This document shows, piece after piece, positions 28,291-39,602 of a stretch of 64,000 nt of DNA; within the stretch, counting starts at the first letter, position 1; every line of letters starts with the position of its first letter. The stretch spans positions 123,008,001 through 123,072,000 of the forward strand of contig NC_042998.1 of the NCBI RefSeq assembly GCF_006345805.1, given 5' to 3'. Below the pieces are notes generated by a model that saw nothing but the letters and a program-made list of their open reading frames with translations, was not told where the DNA came from and searched no databases. Position numbers and translations under genes: made by a program. The stretch is from Octopus sinensis. Taxonomy: Eukaryota.

Positions 28291-28945
28291 AACCAAAACA
28301 GCCACCTAGATATCTTTTTCCAGTTCTCTCTTATATGTTGATAAAAGGATTATCCATATTTTTCAAGTGATACTTGGTATACAGTCGATTCTAAATAACC
28401 CATTACTAGGTTTACAAGTGCCGGGGCTGCTTTTGTTCCCATCGCAATTCCACAAATCTGAATTTAAGTATTTCTATTCCATAGTGATGCAGGATATTAG
28501 TATACATGATTGTATTTTGAGATGTGGGTTAGCATATCTAGATGAAGCTTTTGATATATTTCAAAAGCGATTTCAGCATGATGTCAAGAAAATTACTTAA
28601 TTTTAAGTCTCGCGGTGATTGGATATTAATATATATATTTAATGATACTTTGCAGATTCATTAATTATCTGGCTTTTGTGGATTTTTGGTAAACCATAGA
28701 AAAATTAAGTTTACATGTAAAATTTGTTATGCAGTCGATTTCTTTGTCTGTCAGATCTTTTCCGTGTAGCAGAGACAAGGATTAAAGATTTTGCATTATT
28801 TTCAGTTGTTCATAATTTTCAATCTTTTCGTAGAAGTAATCATTTTCTAACGTGGACATCACTAGCTTTTTGCAGTATTCTGCGTTTATCAGCACTACAG
28901 TACTTCCTTTATCGGCTACTTTAATTGACAATTCTTTATCATTTT
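28290..28945 (-). mobile_element. Second-family Penelope-like RT fragment (pre-YxDD part)
   Basis: Minus strand: IKVADKGSTVVL, FYGLPKIHK, YTNILHHYGIE, GIAMGTKAAPALVNLVMG, NWKRYL. Confidence 0.8.
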
Positions 28946-29190
28946 GCAATTTAATTCAATTTAATTTAATTCAATGTGAATGAAATATCGAAATAAATAT
29001 GCAACATTCCACAAAATAAGAGAAACAATAACAGGTAACAATTACAGAGTAATGGTTTCTGAATACAGGTTGATATAAGCAAAATAAGTGTATATGTAAT
29101 GGAAAAAGTGTACAAGCTTGTTTAATGTAAACTGATGGTATTCAGAAATATATACTTAACCAGACAGGGCTGCTGTTAGTATTGCTTGAC

Positions 29191-29385
29191 AAGGCGACAA
29201 GCTGGAAAGATCATTAGCACTGAGGAAAAAATAATTAGCCGCATTTCGACCCTCTCTACGTTCTGAGTTCAAATCCTGCCGATTTTGACTTTCAACTTTC
29301 CGGGATCGATAATTGTAAGTACCAGTTGGGCACTTCCTTCTCCTCCTACACCGAGCTTGCTGGCCTTGTGTAAATATTTGAAACC
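29191..29385 (+). mobile_element. SINE family A, diverged
   Basis: AAGGCGACAAGCTGG head and CTACGTTCTGAGTTCAAATCC. Confidence 0.7.
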
Positions 29386-29429
29386 AGTATTGTTTGTCTC
29401 TAATCATACATACGTATATATAAACACAT

Positions 29430-29840
29430 ACTCTTTTACTCTTTTGCTCTTTCACTTGTTTCAGTCATTTGGCTGTGGCCATGCTGGAGCACCGCCTTTA
29501 GTCGGGCAAATCGACCCCGGGACTTATTCTTTGTAAGCCTAGTACTTATTCTATCGGTCTCTTTTGCCGAACCCCTATGTGACGGGGACGTAAACACACC
29601 AGCATCGGTTGTCAAGCAATGCTAGAGGGACAAACACAGACACACAAACATATACACACACATACATATATATACATATATACGACGGGCTTCTTTCAGT
29701 TTCCGTCTACCAAACCCACTCACAAGGCTTTGGTCGACCCGAGGCTATAGCAGAAGACACTTGCCCAAGATGCCACGAAGTGGGACTAAACCCGGAACCA
29801 TGTGGTTGGTTAGCAAGCTACGTACCACACAGCCACTCCT
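29430..29840 (-). mobile_element. SINE family B, near full length
   Basis: The minus head GGAGTGGCTGTGTGGTAC...GGTTCCGGGTTTAGTCCC is tRNA-like; the body matches the other copies. Confidence 0.85.
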
Positions 29841-29897
29841 GTACACATATATATATACACACAAATATATATCCCCACCCACACACACACCTATTTA

Positions 29898-30240
29898 TTA
29901 ACTTTAAAATAGAGTTTTCATTGTATCTTCTTCGGGTAGCTTTTAAATGAATGTAATGAAATTACTCTAAAATACGACTTCAAAATGTTTTTTCTGACTT
30001 TATCTTCTGTCTCCACAAGAAAGGACAGGATTGTACTGTAATTGACAACTACAGGAAAAATTTTCTGAATTTGATAAATTACAATATTTATGATATTTTT
30101 ATATAACTTAAGGCATTTGTGGATGCGGAGAATGAAGTCACAGAAAAAAAAACTTGTTTAAGTTGTATTTTAGAGTAATTTCATCAGTCATTTAAAAGCT
30201 ACCAGAAGAAGATGCAATGAAAACTGTATTTTATAGCTAA
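29898..30240. mobile_element. MITE / fold-back element with ~120-bp imperfect inverted arms
   Basis: Left CTTTAAAATAGAGTTTTCATTGTATCTTCTTCGGGTAGCTTTTAAATGA mirrors right TCATTTAAAAGCTACCAGAAGAAGATGCAATGAAAACTGTATTTTATAG. Confidence 0.75.
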
Positions 30241-30399
30241 GTAGCAATGCACACCGGCGTTGCCCGGGTGTTATGACATACAATTACATTGTATTATTTG
30301 TTCCTTTCTTATGGGAAAAATCGGCACACGACGAGTCCGAAGCTAATAACTCATCTTTATAAACATGTTTTTCGGTCATTTTCTGATGAACAACGCTGC

Positions 30400-30548
30400 A
30401 ATTTCCGTCTACCAAATTCCGTCATAGTCTGTGGCTTGCCTAGGAATATAGTAGAAAACACTTGTCTAAGGTACCATACAGTGAGACGGAACGTGGAACC
30501 ATGTCGTTGGGAAGCAAACGTCTCAACCACACAATCATTCTTGCACCT
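30400..30548 (-). mobile_element. SINE family B, old partial copy
   Basis: TTTCCGTCTACCAAATT...TAGTAGAAAACACTTG...GGAACCATGT. Confidence 0.65.
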
Positions 30549-32773
30549 AATATGTGTGTGTGTGCGTGCTTACATTTGTTGTTAAATCGAATAATGTGTC
30601 CCATAGTCTACCTGCCTTCCAACAATTAAGAATTGCAAATTGAAGTTGAATGGTTAAAATTAAGAAACATTTCCAGATTTCTTAAAAAATTATTGTGCAA
30701 AACATTCTGAGAAAAAATTATTTTTTTCACCACCACAAAACACATCCAGAAATGTATGTGTGGTAACTTGAGCTGATACATATAACAGTCAAATCTCTCT
30801 TAAAAGACACCCTTTCATCAGAAGAAAGACACGTATTTACAGTAGATTTACATAAATACTGTTCAGGCAGATTTGCCTTCCTTTAGCTAAAGACCTCCAA
30901 ATCGGTTGACCCGACTTCGTCTCCGAGGTTATTTTTGTAGTATAAAAAGAGTTGTGCAAATAATGTACTTTATTTGGTAGTGGAAAGATTACTGAATCAT
31001 TTGATACCTCTCACATCAAATTCAGCTACTCAGGTTTGGAATCCATAAGGAACACACACACACGCCACACACTTTCACAGTCAAACAGAGATTCACACAA
31101 AATCTGTTTTATATGCTAAAGTAAATAAATAGAAGCGTGTTTTTGACACTTTTCCCATTTTTCGATGCTTTGTGGAGACAGAAGATATTGGTGCAAATTT
31201 CTAAGATTTTACACCAGTTATTTTGATGTCCATTCACAAATTTTTCCGCGCTAACACTCATCACGAAATCTAAAATCGGAAAAAAATGCTCCCCCCTAAA
31301 AAATATATTTTCAATCTATCTATCTGCTTGTGTCTCAAAGTATGTATAAATGTTGTGTGCGTATATGTTATACTCATATTTGTCATAAAGTCTTACTGAA
31401 ATTTGGTAAAGCATGAATTAATTAAATGAATCTATTAGTAGATATTGGTAGGTTCTCCTTATTGTGGCCTTATGTTATTTTGAACGATATCTTTATTTGC
31501 GCTCATATTAGTGCTTTGAATGTAGCAATGTTATCACGATACAGTGTATATGATTTTATAGGCTTTATTTGTGGATGTGGCTGCTAGCGGGAAATGTCTA
31601 GGTTGCTGGTTTCATAACATTTTTACAGAAATAAATAGTGCATGCTATGTTTATGAATATATAAACAAGGAACCACTTTGTGCAATACCTGAAAAGAAAA
31701 CCATAGTATACTTGACTGTATAATGCCCATAACATTATTCATTGAGCAGCGTCAAAGAATAAAGTTCAATGGGGAGTGGTTGTTTATGTGGTTGCACATT
31801 ATCTTAAAAGATTTGTGATGCGAAAGATAAGACCATTCCTCGCAAAGCTAGAAGTGGCCCTTATTGTCAGTGTGACATACGCTCTTGTTTTGATACATAG
31901 TAAACATTGTAATAAAAATATGCAGAAAGAGAGAAAGGATGGGAGACTTTAAAAGAGTAAATGTGAAAGATGTACTGAGAAATAAACTGAAGTAGAATTC
32001 AATCACTCAGTTTCCTAAGATACAAGACATGCAAGAAAAAGAAAATGCTTTCTCCACTGATCGTCTTCACTGAAATAATTGGATTCGATTTTATACAATA
32101 AAAATCTGTTCATGCAAAATTTTTAAAGTTTGGACGCATCCATTGTGCTAGCAACGCGAATTCATAAGCAAAACGGGAACGTAGTGTATGCCGAAAACAC
32201 AGCTACGTTTTTGCTTTTGCTTATTGAACCAACTTGACAGAGCCATAGCAGCAAAGAACATCCGGTAAAATTCCGAAAGATTATGTTTGCAAGGAGCCAA
32301 AGAAGAAGAAAAAGATCGGGTATTTAGAGGGTAAAGAGTTTCCAAACTGTACAATTCACGTAAGTTAAGCTTCTTCATTTGTATTCAATATTAGTAACTG
32401 CAACATCTGCGAGTTAACTCCTTTGAAAATTCGGAGTCGTGGGCAATAATCGCAGAAGAGTATGGAAAAACTACCTGAATGTATTACTCTCGGATGAATT
32501 AAGAAGAAAGCACAGTTTATTACCAAGCGTAGTAAGGTTACAGTTCAGAGAATTTCAGATAATTAAGTTGAAATACCACTGCTTTGGAGTGGTAAAAGGA
32601 CAGTTTAATACAAGGTTCATGTCTTGACGACAGAATAAATGTGTTTTAACGTAGGAAACTGATGAATAAAATTTTGGAAATACTGCGTATCGATCATAGT
32701 TACAAATATGTTACAAGCCTAACTTCAGTAGTTCAGTATGATATAAACTATGTAGAAAGTATCAATGTGAGAA

Positions 32774-33208
32774 GGGTGCCAGAAATAAGTGGATATTCAA
32801 TACAGTTAGAGACATACGTGCGGAATTGAAAGCTAAATATAATAGTTTCCACTTGTGCTGCAAGAATACAGTTAGAAACAGCCTTTTCTATACAAGTTTA
32901 TAATATCTTTAACTTGCAGGGGACAGAATCATTAATATCAATTTACTCTTCTCCAACGTAAGCAAATGACTGAAAACTATACATATGGACACGGTTGAAA
33001 CGCGTAACACCCTCATGCAGGCATTTAGAACTTGAAGAAATGACACGAATTGATATCAATATACAAAGACGAAAACAAGTGTCTTCGGGGTGTACTTTCA
33101 ATTTTAAACACGATATCCTCCACCGTATTAGAAACTTTTATCTTTGGCTTTCAATTCTGTACGTATATCTCTGACTGTATTGAATATCCACTTATTTCTG
33201 GCACTGTA
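32774..33208. mobile_element. Tc1/mariner-type MITE with ~75-bp TIRs
   Basis: GTGCCAGAAATAAGTGGATATTCAATACAG... mirrored by ...CTGTATTGAATATCCACTTATTTCTGGCACTGTA (CACTG-TA end). Confidence 0.8.
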
Positions 33209-33239
33209 CTCACATCGATACTATCTACATGGCTTATAT

Positions 33240-33425
33240 ATGTTTCTTTACTACCCACAAGGGGCTAAACACAGAGAGGACAAACAAGGACAGACAGACG
33301 GATTAAGTCGATTACATCGACTCCAGTGCGTAACGGGTACTTAATTTATCGACCCCGAAAGGATGAATGGCAAAGTCGACATCGGCGGAATTTGAACTCA
33401 GAACGTAGCGACGGGCGAAATACTA
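33240..33425 (-). mobile_element. SINE family A with alternative tail
   Basis: Reverse complement of the family A body; tail matches 11150-11212. Confidence 0.8.
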
Positions 33426-33469
33426 ATTACAAACTAACCGCTAGCAAAATTAGCGGCATATAATTCTAT

Positions 33470-33740
33470 CTATTTCTATATTACAAGACATTTAATTAGT
33501 TCATTACTTACAATTGACAAATATTTGTCATCTTGTTTGTTGTTAATACAATGTTTCGGCTGATATACCCTGCAGCCTTCATCAGGTGTCTTGGGGAAAT
33601 TTCGAACCTGAGTTCTCATTCCTAAGGTATTTTTAGATGTTGTTGTTATTGTTATTATTATTATTGTTGTTATTGTTATTATTATTATTATTATCATTAT
33701 TTTATTATTATTATTATTATTATATTATTATTATTTTTTT
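33470..33740 (-). mobile_element. Hammerhead-SINE tail plus (AAT)n, separated from its head
   Basis: Minus strand: (AAT)n-AACAACATCTAAAAATACCTTAGGAATGAGAACTCAGGTTCGAAATTTCCCCAAGACACCTGATGAAGGCTG. Confidence 0.8.
33545..33590 (-). ncRNA. Minimal type I hammerhead motif
   Basis: GACAC-CTGATGA-A-GGCTG(cagggtatat)CAGCC-GAAAC-ATT-GTATT; perfect helix II, with G>A in helix III. Confidence 0.55.
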
Positions 33741-34202
33741 TTTTTTTCTTCTTTCAAATTTGCTTCCATTTCTTGCCGAGTGTCTTCCCGACTCCTAGGG
33801 CAAAGAAACTCATAGTATACATCGGTAGGCCATTAAACCAAACTCAATAGTTCGTTCATTTTTTTTTTTTTTTTTCCTAAGTTAAATTAAAATACATGAG
33901 CAGCAACAATTCTCACATCGACAATGCTCTTCTCAATACATGTGATGTACCAGTTAAGACGATCTTTTGCACTTCTTGCAGGGATGGTAAGCCAGGGATC
34001 ATTCTCATATAATTTTCGGTTCCCTTCTTGATCATTCCTAGTGCTCCTACGATCACTGGTATTGTAACCGCCTTGAGATGCCACATTTTCTCAATTTCAA
34101 TGAGTAGGTCTTTATATTTTCTGAGCTTGTCAAACTCTTTCGCTGGGATATTATGATCACAGGGGATGGTTCGGGCTGTATGTACTGGAAAGTCCCACAG
34201 AA

Positions 34203-34205
<3 letters not shown>
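33740..34205 (-). mobile_element. R4/Dong element, 5'-truncated 3' fragment (copy B)
   Basis: ILWDFPVHT..IPCDHNIPAKEFDKLRKYKDLLIEIEKMW..IPVIVGALG..RRALSM*; (TAA)n on both sides. Confidence 0.9.
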
Positions 34206-34255
<50 letters not shown>

Positions 34256-34256
34256 G

Positions 34257-37200
34257 TCATTTACTTTTAATCTGCATGTTTGATGCAATCACCTGCCGGG
34301 GCACACCCAGCGCCCTAGGGCAAGTGAAGGTTAAGAGTTGTTGAAATATAGCTGAAAGCTTGGGGAGGGGAAGTAGAGAAATATCTCCATGTAATACAAA
34401 CACAAACATTTACATTGATAGGGTTTTTCTAAGGATGTGGGCAGTACTTGTTAGCACAATCTTTTGGATTTCCTTGAGACATGGTTTTCCAGGGATATTG
34501 TCTAGGTGTTTCTGACATCCCTTTGTTATCATACCTAGGGCACCTACAATAACAGGAACAGTTTTTGTTTTAAGATTCCACATCCTCTGTATTTCGATTT
34601 CCAGGTCCTTATATTTACTAAGTTTGTCAAATTCCGTGACAGATACATTTTTATCAGTGGGGACGCTTACTTCTATTAGTCTGCAGGTATTTTCTTCCCT
34701 GTCTTTAACAATTATGTCTGGTCGATTAGCCTTGATCGTTCTGTCAGTGTTGACTGGAAAATCCCAGAGGATGGTGACATCTTTACCTTCAACAACTGGC
34801 TGAGGATGGTGTTCATACCAGTTAGCAGGAGTGTCGGATTTGTAGTGTTTACATATCTTCCAATGTATATACTGTCCTACCCTATCGTGGCGATTTTTGT
34901 ATTCGTTTGGTGTCAGCACAGGACATCCCGAAACGAGATGGTCTATTGTTTCGTCAAATGTGTCACAGAATCTGCATTTAGGGTCAGTACCGTTTCGGAG
35001 AACGTTAGCCTGGTAATTTCTGGTAAACAAGCTTTGATCTTGTGCTGCCATTATGAAGCCTTCAGTCTCTGCTTTCAATCCAGAACTCTTCAGCCACTGA
35101 TGGGTTGTTGTTTGGTCTACATCAGCATTTTGGCTTCGGAGAATGTATTGTCCATGCAGGGGCTTCTGGCTCCACCGCCTCTCAATTTGATTCTGCCCAT
35201 TCTTTTTTGCAGTCTGCCTGATTCGCTTTGCTTGCTTGGTAGCAGTGGTTTCTGGCTCTTCGCCTGATTCAAGGTTAATGCCTAGTTCCCTTTCGAACAT
35301 ATAAGCTTCCTTGACAATAGAATGCAGCTTTTTGCTGCTTTCATGTTCACACACAAGTCGCAGCATCCAGTCTTTTGTACTAGATAGGTACCTGTTCATT
35401 CCTACAGTAGAGGTCTTATAGCACAGCTCCAATTGCATCATTCCTCTCCCCCCGCTGCTTCTAGGTAGGTACAAGCGGTCTACATCTGCCTTAGGGTGGT
35501 GCATGCTCCTGGATGTCAGTAACTTTCTTGTCTTCCTGTCCAAGCGTTGGAGTTCCGTAAGGTTCCAGTCAATGATGTTAAAACTGTACTGGACTACTGG
35601 AAGTGCCAGGGTGTTAATGGCCTCAATGCAATTTTTGGAGTTGAGTTCAGTCTTCAGTACAAGCCTTATTCTCCTATAGTACTCCTTTCTTATTTTTTCC
35701 TTCATAGTAGCATGATGTATACCATCTCCTTCGTTGATTCCTAGGTATTTGTAACTTTCTTGTGGGTCAAGTTCCTTGATGGTAGTGTCAATATCTAATT
35801 TAACAGAAGCTGTTTGCCTGAGCTTGCCTCTTACAAAAGTTGCTTTAGCACACTTATCAAGGCCAAAATCCATTCCGATATCATTGCTAAACTCTTTAAC
35901 AGTTGTTAGCAGCCCTTCTAGCTCTTGGTCATTCTTGGCAAACAGCTTTAGATCGTCCATATAAAAAAGGTGGTTTATTAACTTGCTAAAAACTTTGTAC
36001 CCATATCTGGCACTATCCAATTCGTTTGAGAGTGGGATCAGTGCCATGCAAAAAAGTAATGGAGAGAGGGAGTCACCTTGAAAGATGCCTCGTTTGATGT
36101 TGATGCTGTTGGACTGGCTCATCCCATTACTATGGCTTAGAAAGAGACGTGTGTTCCACATGGTCATGCTATTCTCTAAGAATTTTGAGACGACAGGGGA
36201 GATCTTGTATATCTCAAGGGCCTTGAGTATCCATTTATGTGGGACACTGTCATACGCTTTCCTGTAGTCTATCCATGTCATACTCAGGTTTTTGTTTTTG
36301 CTCCGGCAATTCTCTACAATCATTCTGTTTATGAGCAATTGGTCTTTGCACCCATAAGAGTTTCTTTTACAACCTTTTTGAGCTTGTGGAAGGATAGAAT
36401 TTTGTTCAAGGAAAGCGTACATTCTCTCCGTTATTATGGATGTGAGGATTTTGTAGGTGGTGTTGAGACATGTTATTGGCCGGTAATTCTTTGGGTTTTT
36501 TGTGTCTTCGGTTTTAGGTAATAGGTAGGTGGTTCCTTCAGTCAGCCAAGCAGGTATTTGCTCTGGGTTCTGAATGACATCAGACAGAGATGCAGTGAGA
36601 TGTTCGTGTACCTCTGTCAAACAATTCAGCCAGAAGTTAGGGATCCGATCCAGTCCTGGGGTTTTCCATTTATGAGCCTTCCTAAGGACACACCTTAGCT
36701 CCTCTATTCCTATTGCTTCCCATTTCTGTTCTTCAAGTTCATCCAGTCTCTCTTTCTCACGTTCTATCCAGTCAGCCTCAGCATTAAACTCTTTTTCGTT
36801 GCTCCATACCTTCTTCCAGAACTCCTCCACTTCCTCAATCTTAGGTGGATCTTCTATGTGTATTTTATTTTTGCCAATTTCCCTATAAAATTTCTTTGCA
36901 TCTGTCTTAAAAAATTTATTTTGTCGATAAAATTTGTTTCTTTTGTCATACCTTCTAAGCCGTTGAGCTTTCAACTGTATCCGTTGTTTCAACAGTTCCT
37001 TAGTTGCAGGGAGGTTTATGAGATCTTTTATTATATATTTTTGCTTGATTTTTCTAGCTTTTCTCGGCTTAATATTCACTCCTCTAGCAAGCTCATCGAG
37101 AACTGAAACATCCGCCCGCAGAGATTCAATCTCTTTTTGTATCGCTACTTTCCACTTAGGAGGTTCATTGACATGCCTGGCCTTTTTCTTTGTCATCTTA

Positions 37201-38400
37201 ATACCTAGTTGGGTAGTTACTACTTTAGCAGTGGAATAAATGAGATTATTTAAGGTTGTCAAATCATTCCCCTTATTTCTTAAGATCTGTCCTAGGGCAA
37301 CGTTATATGTCATGATTGTGTTGTTATTTCTTGTGCCATTTGAAAACTTTGGTAGTGGTTCTCTATTAACCATGTCAGTGAGCTCAATCTTGCCGAGTTC
37401 TCTCATAATGTCCACTTTTGCTTCCATAATATTTTCTCTATTATTCACCTCAAATTCTATGTCATATCTATTTTGGTTTTCTTGGGGAAGGTCTACGTTC
37501 TCATCTTTTTTCAAATCTCTCGTCTTCGCTATTCTTTGTTTAACTTCCCTATTGGGAAGTTGATTTGCCGCTTGTACACTGGCTTCTGTGCTACTGTTAC
37601 CTATTTCGTCTACATTGTTGCTGTTTTCTTTTGGTCTACCATGAGCTATTAGTGTCCTAATTTTGTCAATTTCAGCGTCAGTTAGTCTTTTGTTTTTAAT
37701 TATATCTCTGCGTACATTACTTAATTTATTTGCGTCTATATATCTACGTACGTCATTGCCTACTGAATTTCTCCATGAGATGTATGTTTGTACACTGAGG
37801 TTATTGTTTGGGTTTAGTTGGGCTGTATAAAAAGCTTTCAACACATCTCTATAGTCCTCTCTGGTCCATTTTATACGCTTTGCTTTAGGTGGTGTTTTTG
37901 GTGGTGTCACTACAAGTCCAGAGTTAGAAGTATTCTGGTTCTGGTCACCTGGTAGATCGTCTTTTTGAGAGTTTGTTCCAGCAGCAAACTTTTCGACCCC
38001 AGTCTGGTTCCCTACTGGGTAACGCGGTCCTTGTTGTCCCGGGCGATGACCGATCCGGCATGATTTTTGGCTTGTTTTCATTAAATGATTGACGGCGACA
38101 TCAGAGGGGTCCATTTTTTCAGAGTCAACTTTTTGACAAGACGCCGCTTCTGTGACGGTGACAGGGTCAATTTTTGACAAAACACCGCTTCTGAATTCTC
38201 CGAATTAATATATTGTTCATATCGAACTCGCATAAGACTTACAGATCGAAATTCGCCTCTATTCTTTTGGTAGTCATGTTTCCGGGCATAACTGTGTAGT
38301 GACTTTCTAAATTCAGTGACCAATTTTCTCTTTTTTGCGTTTGTTCGTGAAAAATCGCTTTGTTTTTGTTTTGTTTTCGTCCGCGTAACGTGGTTTTTCT
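34257..38400 (-). mobile_element. Apparently full-length R4/Dong-clade non-LTR retrotransposon (copy A)
   Basis: Single intact ORF with a ~150-nt 3'UTR ending in (TAA)n at 34206-34256; the 5' boundary is uncertain (38200-38830). Confidence 0.9.
34410..38180 (-). CDS. R4/Dong retrotransposon polyprotein: RT, CCHC knuckle, restriction-like endonuclease (first ATG at 38114, 1234 aa)
   Basis: TPGLDRI, NYRPITCL, IDYRKAYDSVPH, GIFQGDSLSPLLF, HLFYMDDLK (YMDD at 35952-35963), YKYLG, CRFC..ETIDHLVSGC, RHDRV, RPDII..IEVSVP..KLSKY; no stops. Confidence 0.95.
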   Translation of the reverse strand: MSKIDPVTVTEAASCQKVDSEKMDPSDVAVNHLMKTSQKSCRIGHRPGQQGPRYPVGNQTGVEKFAAGTNSQKDDLPGDQNQNTSNSGLVVTPPKTPPKAKRIKWTREDYRDVLKAFYTAQLNPNNNLSVQTYISWRNSVGNDVRRYIDANKLSNVRRDIIKNKRLTDAEIDKIRTLIAHGRPKENSNNVDEIGNSSTEASVQAANQLPNREVKQRIAKTRDLKKDENVDLPQENQNRYDIEFEVNNRENIMEAKVDIMRELGKIELTDMVNREPLPKFSNGTRNNNTIMTYNVALGQILRNKGNDLTTLNNLIYSTAKVVTTQLGIKMTKKKARHVNEPPKWKVAIQKEIESLRADVSVLDELARGVNIKPRKARKIKQKYIIKDLINLPATKELLKQRIQLKAQRLRRYDKRNKFYRQNKFFKTDAKKFYREIGKNKIHIEDPPKIEEVEEFWKKVWSNEKEFNAEADWIEREKERLDELEEQKWEAIGIEELRCVLRKAHKWKTPGLDRIPNFWLNCLTEVHEHLTASLSDVIQNPEQIPAWLTEGTTYLLPKTEDTKNPKNYRPITCLNTTYKILTSIITERMYAFLEQNSILPQAQKGCKRNSYGCKDQLLINRMIVENCRSKNKNLSMTWIDYRKAYDSVPHKWILKALEIYKISPVVSKFLENSMTMWNTRLFLSHSNGMSQSNSINIKRGIFQGDSLSPLLFCMALIPLSNELDSARYGYKVFSKLINHLFYMDDLKLFAKNDQELEGLLTTVKEFSNDIGMDFGLDKCAKATFVRGKLRQTASVKLDIDTTIKELDPQESYKYLGINEGDGIHHATMKEKIRKEYYRRIRLVLKTELNSKNCIEAINTLALPVVQYSFNIIDWNLTELQRLDRKTRKLLTSRSMHHPKADVDRLYLPRSSGGRGMMQLELCYKTSTVGMNRYLSSTKDWMLRLVCEHESSKKLHSIVKEAYMFERELGINLESGEEPETTATKQAKRIRQTAKKNGQNQIERRWSQKPLHGQYILRSQNADVDQTTTHQWLKSSGLKAETEGFIMAAQDQSLFTRNYQANVLRNGTDPKCRFCDTFDETIDHLVSGCPVLTPNEYKNRHDRVGQYIHWKICKHYKSDTPANWYEHHPQPVVEGKDVTILWDFPVNTDRTIKANRPDIIVKDREENTCRLIEVSVPTDKNVSVTEFDKLSKYKDLEIEIQRMWNLKTKTVPVIVGALGMITKGCQKHLDNIPGKPCLKEIQKIVLTSTAHILRKTLSM

Positions 38401-38829
38401 TTCTGTGTGTACGTGTGAGCGCGTGTAAGCATTATTTATGCTTTATAATTAAAATGTGTACATGTATGCACAAACAGTTGCATGCACACTTTATAATTAA
38501 AATGTGTACGTGTATGCATAAACAGTTGCATGTATACTTATTTAATTAATTAATTAATCAATTTATGTACTTACTGTCTTTCAAGAGCTCTGATGTTCGC
38601 TTCTATTTCTTATGCATGTCACATGGAAATATTATGCATAAAAGAAAGAAAACCATACTATATATGGCAATAATAGTTCGGACTTTTTAGTTACTTTGCT
38701 TAAAAGAAAATTTGGAAAAGATATTTTGTGGAACCTTTCTTCCATTGTAACGATGTTGTTGGATTAAATTCGTTTTTTGGAGAGAGGCTCTCAGGGAACA
38801 TCCATGTTGTTATTCAGCCCGGAGCTGAA

Positions 38830-38881
<52 letters not shown>

Positions 38882-38904
38882 GCTATTGTTGTTGTTGTTG
38901 TTGG

Positions 38905-38967
<63 letters not shown>

Positions 38968-38968
38968 A
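38830..38968. repeat. (ATT)n-(GTT)n-(ATT)n compound microsatellite
   Basis: Read directly; it forms the 3' junction of Dong copy C. Confidence 0.95.
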
Positions 38969-39388
38969 TGTTTGACTTTTGCTTTATATTTGTACAAGTT
39001 GGCTCCAAGTCTCACCCAGAGACCTCAAGAGACAACAGGTTGGAAGTTCATGTTGTTATGCCTAGTGTGCCATACATTTGGTCTTGTATTTAGTGTTGTA
39101 CTAGTGAATGTTTAAAAAAAAACATACGAAAATTATGTTTGTATTAAAACTTGAAATTACATAGAAAATATTTTGCGTAGGATATGAGCAGTTACCATGA
39201 GCACTATTTTTTGAATTTCTGCCATTTTTGGGTTTCCTGGTATCTGAGTTAGGTAGCAATCAGCCCCTTTTGCTATCTTTCCCAGGACACCTCAACAGGT
39301 ATTGTTTTAGTCTTCAGGTTCCATATTTTGCTGATTTCTATTTCAAGATCTCTATATTTGCTCAGTTTTTGGTAGGTCTTGACAGATA
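38969..39388 (-). mobile_element. R4/Dong element, 5'-truncated 3' fragment (copy C)
   Basis: Minus strand NVSVKTYQKLSKYRDLEIEISKIWNLKTKTIPV..QIPGNPKMAEIQKIVLMVTAHILRKIFSM* (stop at 39157); absent from the ORF track because of a frameshift; (TAA)n on both sides. Confidence 0.85.
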
Positions 39389-39405
39389 CGTTTATATTAT
39401 TATTA

Positions 39406-39483
<78 letters not shown>

Positions 39484-39484
39484 T

Positions 39485-39559
39485 CACGGGTATATGGCGT
39501 AGGGGTTAAGAGCGCGGGCTATTAACCCCAAGATTCCGAGTTCGATTCCAGGCAGTGAA

Positions 39560-39602
<43 letters not shown>

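Noticed and set aside
30241-30272. Helitron-like 3' hairpin (CCGGGCAACGCCGG) on minus
   Set aside because: The terminus reads CTAC rather than CTRR, and no matching 5' end was found.
34806-37563. Plus-strand ORFs overlapping the Dong ORF
   Set aside because: Antisense shadows of a long coding frame with no motifs.
39495-39560. tRNA-like sequences here and at 29790-29840, 55835-55900 and 60640-60700
   Set aside because: A/B boxes without a complete cloverleaf, fused to repeat bodies; these are SINE heads, not tRNA genes.
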